A stretch of DNA of 64,000 bases from an uncultured Candidatus Saccharibacteria bacterium (GCA_964453405.1 CAYVOF010000003.1:4286-68285); one strand, 5' to 3'. Numbered from the stretch's first letter, positions 1-8,767 are shown. Program-made: numbers and translations. Notes: a model not told the origin generated them from the letters alone.

Positions 1-262
1 AACAAGTGACTTTTACGTCAGTGTAATATTGAGGATGGATTGCTGTTTTCATGTTTCTAGATTAGATTTCCGCCACGCTGTGGGCTTTGCCCTATACGTA
101 GCAATTAATTAGAACTTTAATCATTATAGTACTACTTGCGCGTTTCGTCAAGGCCTGCTATACTTTTACGGTAATTAATCAAACATACTTTGCATTAACT
201 CCTGTCGCTTTGGGCCCACTGGCTAAAGAACGACCCGCAAAGTAGAAGTTAAAGGAAACAAT

Positions 263-994
263 ATGAAAGACATTAGTCTATTAGACCTGCTTAAAAGCGG
301 GGCACATTTTGGGCATAAAACATCCCGTTGGAACCCAAAGATGAAGCCGTATATTTTTGCATCTCGCAATAACATTCACATCATTGATTTAGAAAAGACT
401 CGAGCGAGTCTTCAAAAGGCAACAACTTTCGTCGCTGAAATTGCTAAATCAGGTGGAACAGTTTTGTTTATCGGCACCAAGCGCCAATCTCGCGAAATTG
501 TTAAGCAACAAGCAGAAGCCTGTGGTATGCCTTACGTTAACTTACGCTGGTTGGGTGGAACATTCACTAACTTCCGCACAATTCAAAAAACTGTTCGTAA
601 GTTAGAAAAGTTACAGCAACGCAAAGATTCTCCTGACTTTGAACAAAAGTACACTAAAAAAGAACGTCTCTTAATCGAACGTGAAATCGAAAAGCTTACA
701 AAGTTGTTCGAAGGTATAAAGAACATGAAGCGAATTCCACAAGCTGTATTTATCACTGATATTCATCACGACAATATTGCTCTCACAGAAGCTCGCAAGA
801 TGAAGGTTCCAGTAATTGCTATTACTGATACCAACACTGATCCAAGCTTGGTAGATTATCCTATTCCAGCTAATGATGATGCTAGCAGTGCCGTATCATT
901 GATCACTGAATTTATTTCTACAGCTGTTAAAGTAAACAAGACTGTAGAAACTTCTGCACCAGCACCAGTCGTGGAAAAAACAGAAGTAGCTTAA
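263..994 (+). CDS. rpsB: 30S ribosomal protein S2
   Basis: N-terminal LLKSGAHFGHKTSRWNPKM and overall S2 architecture. An AAGGAAA RBS precedes the ATG. Confidence 0.95.
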   Translation: MKDISLLDLLKSGAHFGHKTSRWNPKMKPYIFASRNNIHIIDLEKTRASLQKATTFVAEIAKSGGTVLFIGTKRQSREIVKQQAEACGMPYVNLRWLGGTFTNFRTIQKTVRKLEKLQQRKDSPDFEQKYTKKERLLIEREIEKLTKLFEGIKNMKRIPQAVFITDIHHDNIALTEARKMKVPVIAITDTNTDPSLVDYPIPANDDASSAVSLITEFISTAVKVNKTVETSAPAPVVEKTEVA

Positions 995-1035
995 CCAGCT
1001 CGTTTATCAACAAAAAGAATTAACTATTTATAAAA

Positions 1036-1620
1036 ATGTCTGACGCAAATACAATTAAACAACTTAGAGAACAAACTGGCGCTGGAATTATGGATGTAAA
1101 AGAAGCCTTAACCGAAGCTGGTGATGATGTAGAAAAAGCTGTTGAGATTCTCCGAAAAAAAGGATTAGCTAAGCAAGCTAAAAAAGCAGATCGCGCTGCT
1201 AACGAAGGTATCGTTGAAAGTTACATTCACGCAGGTGGCCGCATTGGTGTGTTAGTAGAAGTAAACTGTGAAACCGACTTCGTAGCTCGCACAGATGACT
1301 TTAAAGCTTTAGTTAAAGAAATCGCGCTACATATTGCAGCTGCAAACCCATTATATATTTCTAGCGAAGATGTTCCAATAGAAGTAATCGAAAAAGAAAA
1401 GGAAATTTATAAAGAACAGTTTGCTGGCAAGCCTGATGATGTAATTGCAAAAATGCTTGAAGGCAAGATTGCTAAGTACTACGAAGAAGCTTGTCTACTA
1501 AATCAGCCGTTCGTCAAAGATGGGGATAAAACCATCGGCGAATTGCTCGGAGAAGCAACTGGAAAGATGGGGGAGAATATTCAGGTCCGCCGCTTTACCC
1601 GCTATATGTTGGGAAATTAA
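1036..1620 (+). CDS. tsf: elongation factor Ts (short ~194-aa form)
   Basis: Sits immediately downstream of rpsB, the conserved rpsB-tsf pairing. Carries the UBA-like N-terminus IKQLREQTGAGIMDVKEAL. Confidence 0.9.
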   Translation: MSDANTIKQLREQTGAGIMDVKEALTEAGDDVEKAVEILRKKGLAKQAKKADRAANEGIVESYIHAGGRIGVLVEVNCETDFVARTDDFKALVKEIALHIAAANPLYISSEDVPIEVIEKEKEIYKEQFAGKPDDVIAKMLEGKIAKYYEEACLLNQPFVKDGDKTIGELLGEATGKMGENIQVRRFTRYMLGN

Positions 1621-1633
1621 TCTATCAAAACAA

Positions 1634-1670
1634 AAAGACCTTGTGTCGCTAACGCGTTCGAGGTCTTTTT
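1634..1670 (+). terminator. rho-independent terminator after tsf
   Basis: AAAAAGACC...GGTCTTTTT hairpin followed by a T-run. Confidence 0.6.
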
Positions 1671-1734
1671 AAACCAAATTTTTAATCAATTTAGAATTAT
1701 AGGCTATAATGTAGGTAATTAATTTTGCCCAAAA

Positions 1735-2514
1735 GTGCCTTATAACACTATCATGAACATAACTTTTATTGTCTCGATTGTTGGGGTGATTTTGATGGTC
1801 CTACGTCGCCTTCCCGAAGCAACAGTTGCAGACAAACAAGCCAAAATTAATAAACAAACTTCTGTGGTATCTGCTACCACTGCAGGCTCTTTATTGTTTG
1901 CCAAAGGTTTGCCTGTTAAGGCTTATTCTAAAACTAAAGTCTTGTTCAAATTGATTGGCCACAAGATTTGGCAATTCTTGCTAGAAGCAAAAGGTCTTAA
2001 GCAGGCTCCAAAGATTAGTTACAACTTTCAAAAAGTGTTTTCTAAAATCAAGTCTGACGCTACAACTCCTTTAGTTAAGGATGAAAAATACTATATAAAT
2101 CTTATTAAGCGTAATCCAAAAGATGATTCATATTACGACCTGTTAGGGCAGTACTACTTAGAAGAAAAGAAAATGGAAGACGCGCAAAATGTATATGAGT
2201 ATTTAGTCAATCACGCACCAACACAAACTACATATTGGGTGCGCTTAGGGTTGGCGGCGCTATTCTTAAAAGATTTTAAAAAGGCCGAACATGCTTATCA
2301 AAAAGCTGTGAATTTAGATCCTACTAACCCGAGTCGGTTTTATAATTTAGCTTTATCACAGCAAGGGCTTAAAAAGTTTAATCTCGCTGTCACTGCTTTA
2401 AAAAAAGCTTTAGAGTTGGAACCAAAAAACCAAAAATATATTGATTTTCATTTTGAGATGGAGTCTAAAGCCAAGGTGGCAGTTCCTCTTGAAAATATTC
2501 ACAAAAAGCAGTAA
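1735..2514 (+). CDS. TPR-repeat protein with N-terminal TM helix
   Basis: Hydrophobic N-terminus, then degenerate TPR units (YYDLLGQYYLEEKKMEDAQNVYEYLV..., AEHAYQKAVNLDPTNP). Confidence 0.6.
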   Translation: MPYNTIMNITFIVSIVGVILMVLRRLPEATVADKQAKINKQTSVVSATTAGSLLFAKGLPVKAYSKTKVLFKLIGHKIWQFLLEAKGLKQAPKISYNFQKVFSKIKSDATTPLVKDEKYYINLIKRNPKDDSYYDLLGQYYLEEKKMEDAQNVYEYLVNHAPTQTTYWVRLGLAALFLKDFKKAEHAYQKAVNLDPTNPSRFYNLALSQQGLKKFNLAVTALKKALELEPKNQKYIDFHFEMESKAKVAVPLENIHKKQ

Positions 2515-2543
2515 ACTAATTGAGTTACTTGCACGCGCTACAT

Positions 2544-2619
2544 GCCGTTGTAGCTCAGTTGGTAGAGCATCTCCATGGTAAGGAGAAGGTCTGCGGTTCG
2601 ATCCCGCACAACGGCTCCA
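2544..2619 (+). tRNA. tRNA-Thr (anticodon GGU)
   Basis: Cloverleaf folded by hand. Acceptor GCCGTTG/CAACGGC, anticodon loop A-T-GGT-A-A, T-loop TTCGATC, 3' CCA encoded. Followed by a hairpin plus T-run at 2623-2650. Confidence 0.85.
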
Positions 2620-2789
2620 GAAAACAGTCTTCAAAAGAAGGCTTTTTTTTGATGCAAAAGTGTGCTTGACAAAATACCATAAACATGGTACTCTTAGATG
2701 TTTGTTTGCAACATAACAAACCACCCTGGTCCAAAAAAGTCATAAGTGACTGCAGGATTGGGATGAAATCTCTACTGGAGGAAAATCAA

Positions 2790-3854
2790 ATGCCAATTTC
2801 ATTTGAATTTTTGGTGATAGTTTTAGCGATAGTTTTTTTCGTGCTGTATCTGTTATGCAATTTCGGCTTAGAACCACTTGTGATAAATGCCGCTAACAAG
2901 CGACTGCTTGTGATAGAGGGGCGAAATAATGTTTATGCAGTATGTAAACTCAGTGATTATCTTTTGCAAGCAGGAAAGGATGATGCAATGAGTTTCGCAT
3001 ATGAAAAAAAGACACAAAGCTTACCAGTTAAAGTTAAAGAGACTATGATCTTCACAGATCAAGACCTCCCACAACGCACTGGCACTATAGAGGACATGAA
3101 TAAGTTGATCCAGGAAAATTACCCAATGATTTACGGATCTCCTCGCGGTCATTACCATGGTGTTAAACGACACTTATTTGTGCCTTTTGTGGAAACAGCA
3201 ATCTACTCAGAGATTGAGCAGAAAACTTTTTACACCAAAATTATAAGTCTTGAAGAGGCTCATAAAAAAGTCTATGGTTATGCTGCTGATGAAAAAGTAG
3301 GAGTTGCTAGAAAAGTTTTTAATTACTTCGTAAAGCAGTTTGCGGATGAACGAAGTGAAACGAAATCGATCGTAAAGTTGCGACAAAGTCTTGCCTTGGC
3401 AACCATTTGCGCTGGTGGTTTAGTACTTATTCAGCACGCAGACTGGATTATAAAAAAATTACCAAACCCTACAAAAACTTCCACTTCACTTAAAATCGAA
3501 AATGGTAAAGTGGTTGCAGAAACGATCGCTGCACCCCCCGGTACTATCCCTATGATGCCAGACGACACCATGAAAGGCGGTAATATAATCGATCTTTGTA
3601 TCATTGTCGAAGCTCCTAAGTATGCTGGGAATGGATTATCTATGGTTAGAGTGAAACGAAAGTTTAATAACGATGACACTTTTGATATTCTAACTATTGC
3701 TTCTCCAGAATACATTCCGGGTGCTGAGGTTTTAGTCCGAAGTAGTCTGATTAGAGGCTCTGGAAATGTCAACGTACTGGAGTTTTGGATTGTTTCTCAA
3801 GAGGAAGCTGATGCATTAGTTTCGACTGGTCACTTTAACTTTCGTGAACCGTGA
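2790..3854 (+). CDS. hypothetical membrane-anchored protein
   Basis: GGAGG RBS 8 nt before the ATG at 2790 (MPISFEFLVIVLAIVFF...). The ORF track starts it at 2685. TGA stop. No recognisable family. Confidence 0.5.
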   Translation: MPISFEFLVIVLAIVFFVLYLLCNFGLEPLVINAANKRLLVIEGRNNVYAVCKLSDYLLQAGKDDAMSFAYEKKTQSLPVKVKETMIFTDQDLPQRTGTIEDMNKLIQENYPMIYGSPRGHYHGVKRHLFVPFVETAIYSEIEQKTFYTKIISLEEAHKKVYGYAADEKVGVARKVFNYFVKQFADERSETKSIVKLRQSLALATICAGGLVLIQHADWIIKKLPNPTKTSTSLKIENGKVVAETIAAPPGTIPMMPDDTMKGGNIIDLCIIVEAPKYAGNGLSMVRVKRKFNNDDTFDILTIASPEYIPGAEVLVRSSLIRGSGNVNVLEFWIVSQEEADALVSTGHFNFREP

Positions 3855-3876
3855 AATTAGATCCAGTGCTGGATCC

Positions 3877-3906
3877 CCGACTCAAACAAGAGTCGGGTTT
3901 TTTTAT
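3877..3906. terminator. bidirectional terminator between convergent genes
   Basis: CCCGACTC-aaacaa-GAGTCGGG followed by TTTTTTT. Confidence 0.5.
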
Positions 3907-3918
3907 TTCACAAAAAAT

Positions 3919-4935
3919 TCAGGCTACTGTCTCTTCGGTCTTAGCAGGAAAAATTTCTCTAAACCTGGTGTGTATAGCATCCAAATTTTTTACTAAGGTT
4001 TCATCTAACTTAAAAGATGGATTATCTATGTTCGGGTGCTTCATGGCATTTATTTGATCAAATAAGGATTTAAAAAAGGTAAGGGCTAATTGTTTTTCTA
4101 AATCAGAAATCTCTTCAGAATCAGGGTTTGTATATTCGTCCAAGATACCATTAAGCTGTTCAGTGTTAAGTGCAAAGTAAAAAGAAGGTAAGTGTTCGAT
4201 GGGAGCACCTAATAATTTTCGCTCGGTAATTTCAAGTCCAAAATTGATATCAGAACCCCCATTCCATAACTGGTGGAGCTGCTTTTGTTTTTTACTTTCT
4301 AATCTTGAATTTGATCCAGACTGGTATTCAGGTCCAGTGTGAACAGTATCGAGAGCAAAAATAATTTTCCCGGTTTTCTCGTCAATAAAAAATAGGTCTG
4401 TTCCATTAAAAATATCATCAAAATCGGTGGCGCCGACAACTTTAAAATCTTTTCCAAAGACGCGGTTGAGCAATACTGTGGCAGCCATTTCTAATTGTCG
4501 GTTCTTCTCTAGATTTTTTTCTTGTTCCCAATACTCCAATACTTGATCCAAAGTGGGTAGTTCAGTTAGTTTGTACTTGGTTTGATAGGCCTGTTGAATA
4601 AAGTTTATTTCTTCTTCGTTAAGATCAGATCTATCATCATCCATGTGATCACGAATGGCTAACTTTTTACCAATAAAAGTGATTTGGCGACGTTTTATGG
4701 CGTCAATAAATTCCTTATTTTTGTCTTTATCACCATAAAAACGTTTTTGAATACTACATTCATCATTTAAGAGGTTGTCGATGCCATACTTTTCCTTAAA
4801 ATCAGAGTTAAAAGCCTTGGCGTTAATAGACAGTTTACTTTGTAGTCGCTCAGAAGTTAGCTCTGATTTTTCTTTTGTTGAGAGGGGATATCTGGCTTCT
4901 TGCGGGACATGACCACTAGTTTCTGTAAAAGGCAT
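3919..4935 (-). CDS. hypothetical protein (338 aa)
   Basis: Long intact ORF co-directional with the upstream HD gene. No family recognised. Confidence 0.55.
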   Translation of the reverse strand: MPFTETSGHVPQEARYPLSTKEKSELTSERLQSKLSINAKAFNSDFKEKYGIDNLLNDECSIQKRFYGDKDKNKEFIDAIKRRQITFIGKKLAIRDHMDDDRSDLNEEEINFIQQAYQTKYKLTELPTLDQVLEYWEQEKNLEKNRQLEMAATVLLNRVFGKDFKVVGATDFDDIFNGTDLFFIDEKTGKIIFALDTVHTGPEYQSGSNSRLESKKQKQLHQLWNGGSDINFGLEITERKLLGAPIEHLPSFYFALNTEQLNGILDEYTNPDSEEISDLEKQLALTFFKSLFDQINAMKHPNIDNPSFKLDETLVKNLDAIHTRFREIFPAKTEETVA

Positions 4936-4985
4936 TGATTTAGTAGAATTCTTAATTTATCTAATTATATCAAAAAAAGACCAAA

Positions 4986-5585
4986 CTAGTTGGCCTTACT
5001 CCGTATCGCTCCAGCCCATGGATCATTTTCGGCGAGAGGGTATTCCGGTACCACTCTAGCACTACATACGTCCATCATGTGACAAAAGCCAGCCAGCTCG
5101 TTCATAACTCGGCCGCGTTCGTTGTATTTATCAAATTCACCTTCAACATATTTAAATGCGTTAAGCAGCTGTTTGGTAAGTGAAATGAAGTACTCTCGAA
5201 TCTTGGCTAACCTGAACTTGTGTTGAGCAACCTTTGATCGCAAACTGGGGATTACCTCAAGATCTCCTTTTTTATTACGACGGTACTTCCACGGTTTTTC
5301 TATGTCGTGAATAAACAGAATAAGTAAGACATCTGACAGACTAAAGTTAACCGGTCGGCCGGTTGAAAGTAGTGTGGCATAGAAGATCACCGCGTAATTC
5401 ATTATTTCAACGAGATGATCGAGATAGCCTCCAGGCCAGGCTTGGTGATTATGAACCGAACCATACGCTTCTGTAAAAAGCTTGCGGTTGTTATGCAACA
5501 GCATCTTACAGCCGATGCGATTGGGTTCATCTATTAGCTCAAGTAATTCGTCTATGGTGAGACGAGTAGGTTGTTTATTGTTCAT
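4986..5585 (-). CDS. HD-domain phosphohydrolase (YfbR-like nucleotidase fold)
   Basis: H...HD motifs (SVHNHQAWPGGYLDHLVEIM, LILFIHDIEKP) arranged as in HD 5'-deoxynucleotidases. Confidence 0.55.
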   Translation of the reverse strand: MNNKQPTRLTIDELLELIDEPNRIGCKMLLHNNRKLFTEAYGSVHNHQAWPGGYLDHLVEIMNYAVIFYATLLSTGRPVNFSLSDVLLILFIHDIEKPWKYRRNKKGDLEVIPSLRSKVAQHKFRLAKIREYFISLTKQLLNAFKYVEGEFDKYNERGRVMNELAGFCHMMDVCSARVVPEYPLAENDPWAGAIRSKAN

Positions 5586-5640
5586 TATTCCTCCTGTAAG
5601 ACTAATTATTCTAACCTAAATTAGTCTGGTTAGCAATACA

Positions 5641-5670
5641 AAAACACCTCAAAATAATTGAGGTGTTTTT
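5641..5670. terminator. perfect inverted-repeat terminator downstream of tRNA-Tyr (minus strand)
   Basis: AAAACACCTC-aaaataatt-GAGGTGTTTTT. Confidence 0.5.
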
Positions 5671-5672
5671 GC

Positions 5673-5759
5673 TGGTGGGCAGGACAGGATTCGAACCTGT
5701 GAAGGCACAAGGCCGGCTGATTTACAGTCAGCTGCGTTTGACCGCTTCGCTACCTACCC
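5673..5759 (-). tRNA. tRNA-Tyr (anticodon GUA), long variable arm
   Basis: Reverse complement folds as GGGTAGG...; anticodon stem GCTGA/TCAGC with loop C-T-GTA-A-A. Long variable arm, T-loop TTCGAAT, CCA encoded. Confidence 0.85.
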
Positions 5760-6050
5760 AAATTACTAACTTCAAAATTCTACCTTATTTTGGTAGTTTT
5801 GGCAACTGCTAATGGTCTATATAAAGAAGAAAAACGCTTGTGAGAGCGTTTTTATATGGTAAGATGCGTGGTTCTACTTGCCCTGAGATAAATCGCTGGT
5901 AAAGTAGAATTCGCGCATTAGTGGAGGGTTTAATCCCTCCTGAGGATTTTTGGTAGGATTACTTTCGTAACTACTTTTATCTTAAGGCGTAATCTAGACA
6001 AAGTCAAGGAGATATGTTAAACTTTGAAAGTTATTTATGCATCTACCCGG

Positions 6051-6126
6051 GCCGGCTTAGCTCATCCGGTAGAGCAACGGTTTTGTAAACCGTAGGTGGT
6101 CGGTTCGAGTCCGACAGCCGGCTCCA
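6051..6126 (+). tRNA. tRNA-Thr (anticodon UGU)
   Basis: Acceptor GCCGGCT/AGCCGGC, anticodon stem ACGGT/ACCGT, loop T-T-TGT-A-A, T-loop TTCGAGT, CCA. Confidence 0.85.
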
Positions 6127-6153
6127 GTTTATAGAAATATTAAATTTGATAAT

Positions 6154-6309
6154 ATGTCACAAGATCACAGAATTCAGTTGGAATGCACAATCTGCCGCAA
6201 TATCAATTACAACAGCACCAAGAACAAAAAGAATACCCAAGCGCGCTTGGAGATCAAGAAGTTCTGTAAGCACTGTAAAAAGCAGACTCCGCATAAAGAA
6301 ACTAAATAA
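6154..6309 (+). CDS. rpmG: 50S ribosomal protein L33
   Basis: Hand translation gives [51 protein letters not shown], the Cys-x2-Cys...Cys-x2-Cys L33 signature. The 52-aa gene falls below the ORF-track cutoff. The track's 6146..6379 ORF is the wrong frame. A terminator hairpin sits at ~6316-6340. Confidence 0.85.
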   Translation: MSQDHRIQLECTICRNINYNSTKNKKNTQARLEIKKFCKHCKKQTPHKETK

Positions 6310-6397
6310 AATAATTTCCACTTTAAGTGGATTTTATTTTACTTTGAGGAAATTTTTAGCAAAACTTGAGGATGTGTAAGGTATAATTAGTTTAGGA

Positions 6398-7072
6398 GTG
6401 ATTAAATATATGCAGAGATACAATCAAGAAACCAAACAAGAAAGTTTTCAATTGCGAAAGAAGGGTTATTCCATAATGGCCATTTCCAAAGAATTAGGGA
6501 TTGCTAAGAGTACAGCCTCGTTATGGGTTAGAAATGTTAAGCTTGACACTGAAGCTATTACGACGTTATCAAAAAATCAAAAGATAGGAAGACAAAAAGG
6601 AATCAATTCAAGACAACTTAGACTGTCCAGAGCATATAATTCTATCCAAAATATTGTTACAAATGATTTGAGTAATAAAGATTTGGACATTTTGACTAAG
6701 AGGTTACTCTGCTCATTCTTATATTGGTGCGAAGGGTCAAAAGCCAGAAGTGAGTTAAGGATAACCAACTCTGATCCAAAACTAATAACTGTATTCTTGA
6801 GATTATTCAGAGAGTCATTTTACTTGGATGAAAGTAAATTTGCTGCAACACTTCACCTGCATGAATACCATGATAAAAATGAAAGGTTGCTTTTTTGGTC
6901 AAACCTCACTAAAATACCTAAGAATCGTATAGGAATTTATAATAAGCCAAATACTGGGAAACGCAAGAAAAAAGACTACCCAGGGTGTATTGCAATTCAT
7001 TATTATGATGTAAAGATGTATGATATTTTAACTGCTTATTATACAAAGTTTTATGAAAATATGGGGGCGTAG
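6398..7072 (+). CDS. HTH-domain protein of unknown function (224 aa)
   Basis: N-terminal resolvase/transposase-like HTH (KKGYSIMAISKELGIAKSTASLWVRN). The last 10 nt overlap the 5' end of tRNA-Trp. It sits at the proximal edge of the cassette array. Confidence 0.5.
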   Translation: MIKYMQRYNQETKQESFQLRKKGYSIMAISKELGIAKSTASLWVRNVKLDTEAITTLSKNQKIGRQKGINSRQLRLSRAYNSIQNIVTNDLSNKDLDILTKRLLCSFLYWCEGSKARSELRITNSDPKLITVFLRLFRESFYLDESKFAATLHLHEYHDKNERLLFWSNLTKIPKNRIGIYNKPNTGKRKKKDYPGCIAIHYYDVKMYDILTAYYTKFYENMGA

Positions 7073-7136
7073 TGTATCGGTCGCACAAATCTCTCCAAAA
7101 GATTTAGGTCGGGTTCAATTCCTGACGCCCCTGCCA
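7063..7136 (+). tRNA. tRNA-Trp (anticodon CCA)
   Basis: Acceptor GGGGGCG/CGCCCCT, anticodon stem AATCT/AGATT, loop C-T-CCA-A-A, T-arm TCGGG-TTCAATT-CCTGA, CCA encoded. Followed by its own terminator hairpin. Confidence 0.85.
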
Positions 7137-7195
7137 CAAGAATCACCGCATAATTGTGCGGTGTTTTTGTATAGGGCAAGTGGAGGTTAGAACTA
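7110..7195 (+). repeat. array repeat R0 (founder copy: tRNA-Trp 3' half + terminator + inverted arm)
   Basis: GGTTCAATTCCTGACGCCCCTGCCA, then CACCGCATAATTGTGCGGTG-TTTTTGT, then ATAGGGCAAGTGGAGGTTAGAACT. Confidence 0.8.
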
Positions 7196-7260
7196 AGTGA
7201 CACAACCAAAATAAAAAAGCTACCGACTTTGATCAGTAGCTTTCACAAAAAGATATCACT

Positions 7261-7833
7261 TTACAGAGAGTAAAAGAAGTAAAGAACTTCTTTAGAAAAC
7301 TTTGTTGGCGGACCATTATGCCATACGTACAATTCTGTCCCAGCGAAGGTAAAACCTTTTCGAAGAAAAAGTTTGCACGCGGAATGTTTAGTTGTATCCA
7401 TTTCTACCCTTATACCATCGCAGTTAGGTTCTTCATTAGCGATTCGTATTAACTCGTCGATAAGAGCATCGGAACAACCTTTGCCTCTAGCTTCGCTAGC
7501 AATAAGGATTCCCCAAACAATCATCACCTTAGTCATTTTTCTCTGTTTCCAAGAGGCGAGCACCCAACCCAGTGGTTTGTCATCTGAACAAACGACTAAA
7601 GCGATATACTCAGGATTATTGATATTAGGAAGAACTTCTTCTGTAATACCTTTGTAGTGGGTAGACTCGATAGTTACTGGTTCAGATAGCTCAACTTCAC
7701 TTAGATCTAGAGTGCTACCATTTAAAGCTAGGGAAAACATTTTGGTGCTAGCTCCAGTATAATTAAGTTTTTGAAGTTCGATACAATCCTGCTCAGTTGC
7801 TTTCCTTACACTGATATTTTTAGAATCATTCAT
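7261..7833 (-). CDS. GNAT family N-acetyltransferase (cassette 1)
   Basis: GNAT core (ALVVCSDDKPLGWVLASW...IASEARGKGCSDALIDELIRIA). GGAGG RBS upstream. Confidence 0.75.
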   Translation of the reverse strand: MNDSKNISVRKATEQDCIELQKLNYTGASTKMFSLALNGSTLDLSEVELSEPVTIESTHYKGITEEVLPNINNPEYIALVVCSDDKPLGWVLASWKQRKMTKVMIVWGILIASEARGKGCSDALIDELIRIANEEPNCDGIRVEMDTTKHSACKLFLRKGFTFAGTELYVWHNGPPTKFSKEVLYFFYSL

Positions 7834-7972
7834 TATTATTTCCTCCAGAAATAAGATTTATATGATATTTCATTATACTATATATTATTAGTTATGTCAA
7901 GTTAGTTTGCATGCGCTCACTTACAGTAATTATAAACTACTTCTAAGTTTTATAATCCAACTTAGTGCAAAT

Positions 7973-8060
7973 AGTTCTAACATCCTCCACCACGCACTGC
8001 CAGCAAAAGCGTCGCATATCTGTGCGGTGTTTTTGTATGGGGCAAGTGTAGGTTAGAACT
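7973..8060 (+). repeat. array repeat R1 (full: left arm + terminator + right arm)
   Basis: AGTTCTAACATCCTCCACCACGCACTGCCAGCAAAAGCGTCGCATATCTGTGCGGTGTTTTTGTATGGGGCAAGTGTAGGTTAGAACT. Confidence 0.85.
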
Positions 8061-8093
8061 GCCGTGGTATAATACAATCAATTAAGAATACAT

Positions 8094-8708
8094 ATGAATA
8101 AAATATTATTATCTATTTCAATTGTTCTTTTCTTGGCAGTAGGTTGCAATCAATCACAACCAAATTCTATTACAAATCCATCTACACAAGATGCAATAGT
8201 GAAAACATCTAATTGGTTGATTTATGGCGATATAAAAATGGGGTATCAGATTAAATATCCTACTGAATTAGTTGCCAGACGTGTTGGTGGAGCATATACA
8301 GGAACCGCAAATAAGGTCCTAAAGGATGATGTGGTCTTTTCCCTATCTTCAGATTGGGCAAAACAGGATGCTATAAGTGAATCCGATACGAAAAGGTGTG
8401 GCAATGACTTTTGTACAGCAACACCGTTTACTCCCATGGGATTGTATCTGAATGTATTCAACAATAGCTCAGTAGGGGGAGGTTACGACGAAGCTGCATC
8501 CCTTTACGCAGCACATAAAGATATTATCAAGGGCTATTTATCGGAATGCACAGCCAATTCAGGGATTGTTCCCCAAGACAAAGCACCTGCAAGTATTTAC
8601 ATAAAACAGATTGAGCCTTCCAAATTCGTTATGGTATGCGCAACCCAAGGCTATGAATCACAAGCCCAGGCAATGTTAAGCACTTTCAATTTTACCAATG
8701 GTTTATAA
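8094..8708 (+). CDS. lipoprotein (cassette 2)
   Basis: Signal peptide with lipobox LAVGC (MNKILLSISIVLFLAVGCNQS). Confidence 0.6.
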   Translation: MNKILLSISIVLFLAVGCNQSQPNSITNPSTQDAIVKTSNWLIYGDIKMGYQIKYPTELVARRVGGAYTGTANKVLKDDVVFSLSSDWAKQDAISESDTKRCGNDFCTATPFTPMGLYLNVFNNSSVGGGYDEAASLYAAHKDIIKGYLSECTANSGIVPQDKAPASIYIKQIEPSKFVMVCATQGYESQAQAMLSTFNFTNGL

Positions 8709-8767
8709 CTTTCATATAAGACAATTCAATTTGCTGGCTCATGAACACACAATTGGCCAATAATGTA

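Noticed and set aside
5823-6050. tmRNA or SRP RNA in the tRNA-rich intergenic region
   Set aside because: No tag-peptide reading frame (…ALAA*) or tRNA-Ala-like ends for tmRNA. No GGAAGCAGCC-type SRP domain IV motif.
6146-6379. 77-aa ORF in the track
   Set aside because: Wrong reading frame. The real gene is rpmG (L33) at 6154..6309.
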